A stretch of DNA of 64,000 nt, from NCBI GenBank assembly GCA_002633005.1, contig NMRA01000070.1, positions 543,872 to 607,871 of the forward strand, given 5' to 3'. Position numbers and translations under genes: made by a program. A model generated the notes under the pieces. That model was not told the DNA's origin and made no database searches. It saw nothing but the letters and a program-made list of their open reading frames with translations. Below, piece after piece: positions 44,043-55,200 of this stretch. Source of the DNA: Phoronis australis. Lineage: Eukaryota > Animalia > Phoronida. How positions within the stretch are numbered: position 1 is the stretch's first letter; each line of letters starts with the position of its first letter.

Positions 44043-44825
44043 ATTACATACTGTGCAAACATCCCCACATAACAATATATATTAGGTGTAACAGTGATAA
44101 GCAAAATGGAGGAAGACCACAAACTCAGTGTACAAATACGCATCATGGTGGATTTTTGATGAGAGTTTGATGCAAAGTAGAGACAACTTGTTCTCAAAAT
44201 GCCGTCAGGAATACCACTATTACTGAACTCTGAGCAAGAACTCCTAACTTCATATTAGAATAATTTTCAAAAGCGCAGGCTGAGAACCCACAAACATGTT
44301 GGTTTAGTTACAACTCTACATGTAGATAATAGGTTTAAAGTTTATATTTCCAGCAGGAATCCACAGTTTCCCCTGGTTTGCAATCTGCTTCTTACAGGAG
44401 GCACTCAATATAGTGATGGGTTATCACTGGCTTGCCACTGCCACAACAGCTACTGTCAAGATTTATCTCTTGCAGTCAGAAAATCTGGTTTGTGTTTGGA
44501 TATCCTGTAACAAGAGAAGTTGGTGCAGAATGTCATAACTGTGGGCTTGGGCAATTCTCATTTTATCTGTTCCGGTAATGGTCTGATACAATGTGCCGCA
44601 TTTTTCTCCATTGAATAACAGGCATCAAACTGGTTCTAAAAATGTGGGCACCTTATATCACACTTTTGCCATCTATTCTAGACGAATTGAACCTACTTCT
44701 TACTTTTGTTGAAAATCCTATCGAGAAACGCAGCAGTTTTAAAAAATAACAACTTTTGTGAAATTTGTCATTAATTTTTTTAAAATGTTGATAGCTTCAA
44801 AAAATAGGAGACCATCGACTTTTTG

Positions 44826-45007
44826 AGCAATTTTAGAGCAAGCGATGCTGCATAAGCAATTTTAGAGCAAACTATGCTGCATAAACAATTTTAGAGCAAA
44901 CGATGCTGCATAAGCAATTTTAGAGCAAACGATGCTGCATAAGCAATTTTAGAGCAAACGATGCTGCATAAGCAATTTTAGAGCAAGCGATGCTGCATAA
45001 GCAATTT
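44826..45007. repeat. 29-bp minisatellite, about 6 units (AGCAATTTTAGAGCAAACGATGCTGCATA)
   Basis: Adjacent near-identical units without spacers. Confidence 0.95.
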
Positions 45008-48000
45008 AACCTTCTCAAAAGATGCATCGAAGTCAGATCACGACTGCCACACTTAATTTCCCCGAATGATACTCATGTTATGATGTTCAAATGTTGAAAT
45101 ATGTTTGATGGCAAGATGAGAAGTTGTGTCTTTAATAAAATTCAAATTAGCCCTTTCACAACACTAAGTCACATAAAAAGTATAAATTTGTGTTAATGCC
45201 TGTTCTCTGTTTAGCACGATATCTTACACGTTGTGAAATATGATGTGCATTATCAATTAACAACAAAAACTCAACATAAAATCACATTTCTTTAAATTAA
45301 GCAATTTGTTATTTGAAATGAAAGTCATGATTTATCATTTTCTCACCTTGGTTGTAATTTGAACTTTAGGCAGTGGATGAGAAGAAAATGCCCCTCTACT
45401 AAAGATACCAACTTAAGACCATGCACCTCACCAAAATTTGTCTCAATTCCTGCCTTACTCGGTATAGACGTTACCAGGTATGTTCCAGGGTTTGGAAAGA
45501 AATGGCAATTCCTCAATATTTGAGACTGATCATGCTGCCCACACTATGTCCACATCAGGGGTGGACGTAAAACAAGTCACTCCTGGAAGGAGTTGTCACT
45601 AGCTTTACTAGTAGTCTGGGCCGTGCTTGCACTAGGCAACTTGTTACACCTTTGACAACTAATCCTACCTTATCCAGGTAAGGTAACACCATGAACCAAC
45701 ACAAGTCATACTAAGCACACCAACGCGCAGACAAGATGGGAGTATTTCCTTAACGCAGGGCTTTCAATGACTAATGACAAAACAGAGGAATACTTTTCCA
45801 GGTGATGTATCGTCCGCAATTAACTAGGATCATGTGATAGAAATATCTTAAATGTGTTGTAAAATTTAAGTGAAATAAACATTTTTCCAAGAATAGAGTC
45901 AACATAACGATTCAAAAGAGATGAAAAAAGAGAAAATCAAATAAGAGGAAATCGAAACCAAAAAAGAGGAAATCCTCTTATAAAAGGAAAATTCTAAGCT
46001 TTGTTAATGTGACAAACTGAGAACATTTACATGCAACAGGAGAAGTAGAGCTTATTTCTAATGCAACTGGTGATTATTTGAGCAAAATATTAGGAAATAT
46101 TAGTGATGGTTAGACCTTAGTTGATGATAGCTGTGGTCTCTACCAATAACTTCAATGAGACTGAAATTGACCATTGATATGCCGGAGTATACGTTCTCAT
46201 GAGTTAAATCCACCTGTTTTTTGTAAAGTAACCATTCATACTGACCGCAACTCCCAATTCGCCAAAACAATGACATGTCAACGTTAGTAAGAAAGAGTCT
46301 GTAGTGTGGACGCCAATGCACAGACAAGGTGAAAGTAACTAGCCAATACATGCCTTTTACTTTTCACAACATCATTGGCATATTTCATACCGTGATACTG
46401 TAGGTTTCTATTTAGGTCGCCAACAAGAACATCAAAACAATCAGCAACTCAAGAAAATGTTTCAGACTTTATTTTGCATAGAAAACCCTGAAATTGTGAA
46501 CTTGAGAATAACTTTGGTAAGCATTGTTTGAGATCTACCCCTAATTAGACTATAATAATATAACCCTGTCACCGTTAGCAAAATTACGAGATTTTGTGAA
46601 GGCAAAAGGCATACAGAATTTGATATTTGTTTTTTTTTCTCAGCAAAACAAGGCAAAAAGCCTCCTTAACGGAAGCAGGATATATAAAGCTTTAATGCAT
46701 GTGATAATGAAAACATATTTTCCAAGAAGGCAACAACATCTGAAATGAAAAAGAAAAAGTAATACGTAGAAATCTGGCTTGTGAAGATAAAACTGACGAT
46801 TCATTTAAAAAGCTATCTGAATCTTATCAAGTTAAACAGAGGGGAAGAAACCTGTATCCAGTAACACAAATTTGCGTTGCTAAAGACCAACAATTTGATG
46901 AAAACCGTGGATTTTGACAGCATTGATTTTGAAACAAACAATGTAAATGGATACAGTATTCCAGGTCACCACATGACTCGAAATTTCGTCTAGAAATAAC
47001 TGTCAAATTGTTTAAACCGCTGACATCATTTCCCATTTGACTAAGGAACAATTTGAGACCAATTTTGCAATGGCACATGGCCTAAATCAAAACCTGTTTT
47101 TTGAGACAAAGAAATGGTTTAATGAAACTGTACGTAACTCATGTTTAAACTGAAGCATAATGACGCCTGAAGGAATGTAGGATCATTGAGAAATGTCCAA
47201 ATTTGCCTAACTTCAGAACATCAGATCTCAGATATGGCTCACAGAATTCATACTGAACTTTCAGAAAATACTTTAAGCACTGTCCTCCAAACCACGGTAT
47301 GCAATATTGTTTTTAAAATGTCCTACCTTTGCATGAGGGGTTATCAATCTTAAATGATTTTTATGAAAAAATTAAAGGTTGCTTAAAACAAAATGAAAAT
47401 TTTTAAGACTACAACCAGCATTTTTGAGATTTCATCTTTAACATTGATATCAAACAAAATTTGGTCAAGTTAATTATACCATTGTTTTGCTATGAATGTA
47501 CCTTTCTTTTTTGTTTTAGAAAGTTTACAAAAAACACAAGACCATGTAACTTGATTTGCGGCAGATTTGAAATAAAGTCAAAATTCAAATTCAGAGAACA
47601 TATAGATTAATTGACTTAAAAATCTACAGGTTTGTAGAATTTGGCTGATGACAGACTTGCTGATAAGACCCTACATAGCCTTGGTATAAGGAGCTACACA
47701 TTCCCAGGTTGACATCTGCACCCAAATACACGACTCATGACCACTCACCTACTATTCAGGGGAATTTGACAGGTTTTCATACTGCTTAACCAACTGTTGC
47801 CACTTTGACCAACAGTCATACATTTTGAAGCTTTATCCCACGTCCTGCCCCAGCACCAGAATTGACAACTTTCCCACACACACAATGAGACTTACGTAAC
47901 AGTATACTTTTGTGTTTCAATCTGCACCCAATTTACCTCTCAAATTACCAGTTCCATTTTGCAGATGGGACTAAATATAAAAAAAAACGCCATCCAATTT

Positions 48001-48503
48001 TTTCTGGGTGCTGCGATGAACATTTGCCCCTTGCGGTGTGGTCTAGATCCAGAATGTCTCAATTTTACATTTTCAAATATTGACAACTATTGCTATTTCG
48101 CCATACAAGCAGACACTCTGGACCGAATACAGAAAACCAAGCGACAACCTTAAGCTAACAAATGCCTTTTCGATTGCACTCATGCTACATGTCGCACACT
48201 AACGCAAACTTTTTACATTCCAGATATGCAAATCAAGAATGTGAAAGGACTCCGTTTGTTCTTAGGGTTAATGTGAAACCTGCGAGAAAAAAAATATATT
48301 GGTCTTAGTTTTTGCATCTGTTCGTTTAACACGCAGATTGTCCCTCGTAGTGCTCGGTTGGGGCTCAGATATATTTTGCAGATTCAGTGTCTTACACAAA
48401 AGGTCCGACATGAAATAAATTAAAAGAAACCACGTTAAAATTGGTGACAAAGACAGTTTGGTCAGAAGCATTAGTTTATCCTTCATTAGTTAGGCTGACC
48501 ATG

Positions 48504-48588
48504 ATGACCTATAGGGCTAATGTCAGTCCATGAGTCCATACTGATCATGACCTATAGGGCTAATGTCCATCCATGAGTCCATACTGAC
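48504..48588. repeat. ~43-bp tandem duplication
   Basis: ATGACCTATAGGGCTAATGTC..TCCATGAGTCCATACTGA occurs twice. Confidence 0.85.
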
Positions 48589-49958
48589 TAACGATCCATG
48601 TCTCACTTGGCCACAGCGCCATCACACAACAATTACAGCACAATCACTGGGGGGCTCTGGCAGATATCTGTTTGACGCCAAAAGCCACTAAGAGAAGCCA
48701 AGTGTGTCATCAAATATGCGACATTTTGCGAGTTTGCATTCAGAATGAAATAAATCATAATGTGGGTGTTCATAAATTTTTAAGTTTCAATCCATGAAAT
48801 TCAACAATATTTTATAAATTTGCAACTATACATCATCAAATCTATAAACAAGTAATATTTAGGGTGCGTAAGTGCACAACTTCATAACCTGTGCTACTAC
48901 TAGAATCAACAAAATTAAATTCTAAATATTATTTTAAGTCAATAAATGAGCCCCTTGATAAAATATGAAAGCAGTTAAGACTTATTAAATCAGAGGTAAG
49001 ATATTCAGTCTTTGAAATTGTTTTCGGAATTATTTTTTGCAAAATAAAATGAAGAATTACATATTTTCAAAGGCACCTGACATTCAGAGAAATACTACAT
49101 TAGTCATTTTTAACCAACAGAATTCTAACATCAATCCAAAAAAGTAGACTTGCTTCGTGTCTGTACTCCTACCCCATTTTGTTACACCGACGAAAAAGAC
49201 ACCGGCCCTAATGAACTAAGCTTTCTGGCCTATTCATAAGGCGAAAACGTGGCTGTCAACCCATGAGTTTGAACATAAGAGGCTAAGTATATTGGACTAG
49301 TAATAGGATTGAATCTAAAAACTTAACAGCAAAAGCAAAGGATGAAAGAATTAATAGGACTAAGTTCATTGATGAGTGAGTTTGAACTTGTTAAACCCTC
49401 TCTACAGTAGTTTTCAATGAATTTTCATTCAAAAGCTAGCAATCACTAGCTCTTATATGTTGGTAAAATACACGTGAGGGCTACCAGTCTAGTAACAAGA
49501 CCTATAGCAAAATACTAGTACCAGAACTTAGGGTACCTAGGTTAGAGAATCAGTTAGTGAGTTACTGAGTTAGGTTCCAACCAATAACGAGCTGTAAACC
49601 TAGAGGCAGAAATCACTTAGTCTCCCAGAAGAATCAAGTCGAAACTAATCTTACAGTGGTAACTAGTATAAACCAAAAGTCTATATCTAGGTTTTGCAGC
49701 TTTAACTGTTTAAAAAACACATCAATACAAAAGGGAACTGGTGAATCTTGACTTGGTTGCAAGTGGGTTACGGTACGTGTCTATTACTAGTGTAGGCCTT
49801 CTGAATTAATGTAGAACAGTCAGAACCAGTTTCATTCACTAAATACCTAGCCGTAATTCAGTGATTGCCTGGATCTCTAAATCAGGGTCCTCTTTATCCG
49901 ACTAGTGCCCACAACCAGTGCCGAGTTCAAAACACAAGACTAGAGACCTCAAACTTAC

Positions 49959-50600
49959 CAGTGAAGCCGTGTGGAGGGCACTAACCATCTCAACACAGCC
50001 AGCGGACACTTGTTGAATCTCTCACCCGCAAGGAAACCCTACCCATGACGTCACGCTAACATTGAGGTCACAAAATGACTAACTAAAATGGGATGATCTC
50101 GTACAAAACAGTTCATAAAGCAAAACAGGAGCCAAAAATATTATTCTTCCACACGTGATACGAAGATTTACAAAAGCAATACCTAAAACGAATCTAGCTC
50201 CAAATGTTTCTCGAACTCGTCACGTGGTACACTCCAACAACAATGACCTATATCCAACCCGGAAACGAGGTACGTCAGGGAAATTTACTAGCCTGCTGGT
50301 AGCAAGGAGTGTACTGTACTCACTCCTTGCTGGTAGGAAATTTACTCAACTCTTCTGCTAACATTCACAACGTGGACGTGATATTGGCAGTGCGTCTTTA
50401 TGTAAGTTCGTTAGTTGATTAAATGTGTCGGGTAATCGGCGTTCTATTGACAAGAGACATTGGATTGAACTAAAATTGCACATTGCTTGTTGCTCGACGA
50501 GTTTTTGTTTTTGTGTGTGTTCCCCGATTAGTTCCCCCGGGGGTTGGAGACGCCAAACAAAACCGCATGTGGACTTGGTGACTGAGCAGTGAGTGGTGAC
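49959..50600. promoter_or_regulatory. Putative bidirectional promoter with the non-coding first exons of the MET-like gene (-) and the SH2-WW gene (+)
   Basis: Outward-facing consensus donors: GTAAGT on minus at 49958-49953 and GTAAGT on plus at 50601. Between them lie a CRE TGACGTCA (50046), E-boxes CACGTG (50152, 50221), an ETS-like CCGGAA (50259) and a reverse CCAAT (50383). Confidence 0.6.
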
Positions 50601-50851
50601 GTAAGTGTGCAATTCCGTGAAAAGTTCAACATTGAGACAAAAAGTTAGAATTGGGTTTGTGACAATATTAACATTTCAGGTCATTTGAAAGCCCAGTTTC
50701 GCTAGTTTTAGGACCCAATTGCAGTGACCACAGCCTTGTCTATCTGGCTCCTATACAAGCTTCATACGCTGGAAGCTTTTTGGCAAATTGTGCCACACAC
50801 TGATTAAAACATCAAAGTCACGTTGTTATAAGTACCTTTCGAGCATAAAGA

Positions 50852-51660
50852 GGCACATTATAAGAGGCCGTTGGTGTCTTTAATTCCTTCCAACTCGAAC
50901 GAACACTAGCTCCCATAATCAAACTTTTTCCGTTGCATTTACAACGTTTTCCCGTTGCTCCCAACTTGTTCGATTCTATAGCGCAACATCAAGTTGGGAA
51001 GTTTACCCCTGTAGCCAATATCTTACACGACTGATTAACTCCATTCTGGCATTCATGGTCCGAGGGCGAGCTCTCTCAAGTTTGTTCGATCATATCTAGC
51101 CTTACTGGCCTGTCCTGTTGAAAATAAAAGTTAAGTATGAACATAAACCAATAGCATTTCTGAAATCCTCGTCAAATGGTGATCATGTTTAGTTTTTGAA
51201 TCGCCAAAATCACCCAACTGCAACCGAAGTTACGATAATCTATTCGTTCCGAATGTACCAATTCAGTCTGGGTTTGATGGTGGTCTGTAATGAGCCTCGA
51301 AGATAATTGGCCTGCCTGTTGTCATAACAGACAAAAGACTGGGCTTGGCAGTTAACAAAGAAGCTAGATGTTATTACACGCTCAACACCCCCTTCATCTG
51401 GTAAAGTCACTGAACGGGAAAACGCTGTCATGGTGTAGTCCTTTGTTCAGTTGCTCAAATTGGCAACTGGCCATTTTTACACTACGCGCACTTCTATTTT
51501 TACTGCCCCCGACAGGAGCACATGCATCACTTGTTAAAAATGGCCAGGTTGATTTGGGCAACATAGGTAAGGACTGCTTGAGGAAAAAGTTAGATTACCG
51601 TCGGGAGTACTTGTTCGAGTTGGAAGGAATTAAAGACATCAACGGCCTCCTAAGATGTCC
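50852..51660. mobile_element. ~810-bp element with long (~80-bp) imperfect TIRs
   Basis: GAGGCCGTTGGTGTCTTTAATTCCTTCCAACTCGAAC near 50864 is the reverse complement of GTTCGAGTTGGAAGGAATTAAAGACATCAACGGCCTC near 51613. Confidence 0.75.
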
Positions 51661-52053
51661 ATATATGAATTTCCAATATCTTTCAATGTTTTTCCTAAAC
51701 GTACACATTTTTGGGGTCACTTGTCCCTGAAAAAAACACTTTGATTTTCATATGTGCTGCTAATTATTTTTATGAATATGCTAGTTGCGGGTATTTTTCT
51801 ATATTACAAAATTTGTGCACATTCACACAAGCCCTAACCTATCCAAAATTATCATTTGACCTGTGGATCAACTCCTGGATATCAAAGTGTTGTAAGTCCA
51901 TCACATAAAAGTGGTAAAAAGTTACATCAAAAGTTTTCAATCAGTGAAAATAATTACAGATTCCTTTATGACTTGTTACTCAATACTGCTGACCAAAAGT
52001 TTAGATCCCAGGGATTATTGGATGCCCACTAAAAATCTGATTAGATTTCTGTA

Positions 52054-52207
52054 TTAGTGGTCCTGATGGATCAGTGTGTCTGCATGCTTAGCGCAAAGTC
52101 CTGGTTTCGAGTCCCGGTTTGGGGCAGTATTAGTAATCTTTTCTGAAGTATTCATTAGGTCACGTGATGTGGCCAGAGGTGGCGTACTGACTAGACTTGA
52201 ATATGTT
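52054..52207 (+). mobile_element. tRNA-derived SINE; 5'-truncated copy at about 19615-19697
   Basis: B-box-like GGTTTCGAGTCCCGG. The tail TTAGGTCACGTGATGxGGCCAG(C)AGGTGGCGT is shared with 19643-19697. Confidence 0.55.
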
Positions 52208-52234
52208 TCGATTTTTTTCAGTTTAGAAATTGCC

Positions 52235-55200
52235 ATGAATATGGAACCGATACATTTACCATACTATCACCCAGGCATATCATCACCAGATGAGGTGAGT
52301 GTTAGAACAAGTCATTTTTATGTGCCCACATATTTATATGTGGTCGCATATTGCCGTCATCTCTGTCCGGGCGTCTGGCATCCGGCGTCCGCGGCTGTAT
52401 CTCCTAAATCCCTTGCAGAATCTTATTGAAATGTGGCAGGTGTGTTCCTATGGGGTTGACAACAGAGGGCGACGAGTTTCGGTCTGACCCAAATACTGCT
52501 GTGCCCCCTAGTGGCAATTTTAGTTTTTTACGTTTATCTCTGTATTTTCAAAGGCCCTTAACCGATTTTCGTGAAATTTGGCACATAGGCATCTATTAAT
52601 AAGTTGATGCTATCCTCTGGTTTTCGGATGGATTTGAGGCATTTTGCGCCATCTTGTGGCTATTTTTACTATTTTCGAGTCATTTTTTGGCATCTGCCCC
52701 TCTAACAACCAAACCACTCGAAGGATGATTGTGAAAATTGGCATTATGTTCTTACTATGAAAAAGACAGTTGACGATGATTTTCTGACGACTTCAACTAC
52801 TGACGCGCCTCCTAGTGGCAGTTTTGCACCCATGGCTGTATCTCCTACGCTCTACAGGATCTTTATTAAATTTAACGAATGTATTTATATGAAGTTGACA
52901 ACAGACGACGGCGACTTTTGGACAAATCGGTCTACCAGACTGAGTGTGCCCCCTAATGGCAATTATAGTTTTTTACGTTTACCTCCGTATCTTCAAAGGT
53001 CCTCAATGAATTTCCATAAAATTTAGCACATAGACATCTATTAGTGAGGTGACGCCAGGGGCGGATCCAGGATTTTGAGTTGGGGGGGGGGCAGGGTAGA
53101 GTATTAGCCAGGATTTTGTCTGGCAGGCATTCGCACCCCCGAACTGCCAAATGGAATCTGGGGGAATTTTATTGGGCCCCCCTCTAAATCCGCCACTGGA
53201 CGCTAGCCATTGATTTTCGGATTGATTCAAGGTATTTCTCGCCACCTAGTGGCCATTTTTGTTGTTTTCGAGTCTGTTTTTTGGCATCCCTCCCTCTGTC
53301 AACCAAACCACTCTTTGTGAAAGTTGGCATGTATGTTCTTTCTATGAAGGGGACGGTTGAGGAGTAATTTCCGACGACTTCGACTACTGTGGCGCTTCCT
53401 CGTGGTGGTTTTGTTTTTTTTTGCACCCATACTTTTATCTTCTAAGTCCTCTGCAGGATCTTTATTAAATTTAGCTCGTGTATTTATATGAAGTTAACAA
53501 GAGAAGACAATAACTTTTAGACGGATCCCAAAAACACTGTGCCCGTAGTGGCAATTTCATTTTTTTTCATTTTCCTCCGTTTCTCTGAAGTTCCTCTATG
53601 AATTTTAATGAAATTTGGTAAATGGCTGTCTTTTAACGAAACGATGACATTATCTGGTTTTCAGATGGATTCAAGATATTTTGCACCATCTAGTGGCCAT
53701 TTTGATGATACAAATAAACAACTCTCAAAGCATACCATTTGCGATGCATTCGTGGGCGCATTTCAACTCTCCGCGTTGCTCTTGTTTTGTATTGCAATCC
53801 AAGAACTTCGTAAGCTTGTAATAGTACCGTACCTAAGTATTACATGGTGACCGAAAAACGAACCCAAAAATTTCATTGCCAACTGACTGATATGGTTGAA
53901 ACTTTGTGGTGGGATGATTGATAAACTGAAGTTTAAGTTGGATACCAGATTTGAAAAAATAAATGGATTCATCTAGGATGAATTAAATTGTTTTTATGTC
54001 GCCACTGTATCCCATTCTTAAATTGTGACAACATATCGATACCTGTTATGCTGTCTAATTTTTCTACTCTGTGATATTCGGGATCGGTCAGTCAGGGAGT
54101 TGTAATAAGTGTGTGGAGAACTGAGGAAAGTGCCCTGCCTTGGCCAAAACTGCCATTCACACGCCCACCTAGCCGATGCAGGCTTGAATAGAGCCGTCCC
54201 GGATTACACAGCGTCGCTCGAATCTCGCTGTATTTACCACAACGCTTTAAACATCCGTCAGGCCCATTTGCTGCCTCATTTTCATGCCAGTGAAGTCTCT
54301 CATGTTGTTTGTTGTTGTCCAATTCTTTAGGGTTGCATTACTCTATTCGTCCTTCCAATGCCAACAAAGTATTACTGCTGTGCTGTGGGCTGCAATTCCA
54401 ACGTTAGAAAGTTTGATAAATTGGACAAATACCTGTGGACATGTGATCTGAAATTCTTTGCCTTCCTGACATCAATGAGAGACATGAACATGTGCCTGAT
54501 TTCCAAAACTTAGGTCACGCGCTTTCTTATTGCCGTGTAGTCAGGGACGGCCCTACTGGGCTCGGCTGACAGGGCCCTAGTTCACCTGAGGGGAAAGGTG
54601 CCTTCTGAGAGGGGATTTTTTGGACGAGGGGAAAATTTTACTCATTCTGATGAGAATTGAATTTTCGGTAGTTTGCTATTAGTGACAATCCAACTAAGTG
54701 CAGTGCTTAATGGTCTCTAGTAATCTTGGGTGGCGCACCATAGGGGGCTGGGGGGTTATAGCCCCACTTATTTCAGTGCTGCCCTGCCGATGGTCACATA
54801 GGAAGCAAACCATAGGGGGCTGGGGGGAGGCAGAAATCCCCTCAAATTTTACTTAGGAGCAATGTGCAGGGACGGATCCAGGATTTTGAGCTGTAGGGCC
54901 AGGGCAGAGTATTAGCCAGGATTTTGCCCGCCAGACATTCGCACCCCCAAACTGTCAAATGTAATCTGGGAGAATTTTAGGGGGGCCATTGCCCCCTTGC
55001 CCTCCCCCTCTAAGTCAGCCGCTGAAGTGACTCCAGTTGGTGATCTAAATTTTGTGATCATGGTAGCCGGGTTTGTTGCCAGGCCCTGTTTTGATGATTT
55101 CAAGCAATCCTCACTCTGTCACCTGCTAATGCATCATTGGCATCAGTCTTGAAAGACAAAAGCAGGAATCAACTAAAAACTCATACCCCCTATTTTGCCA

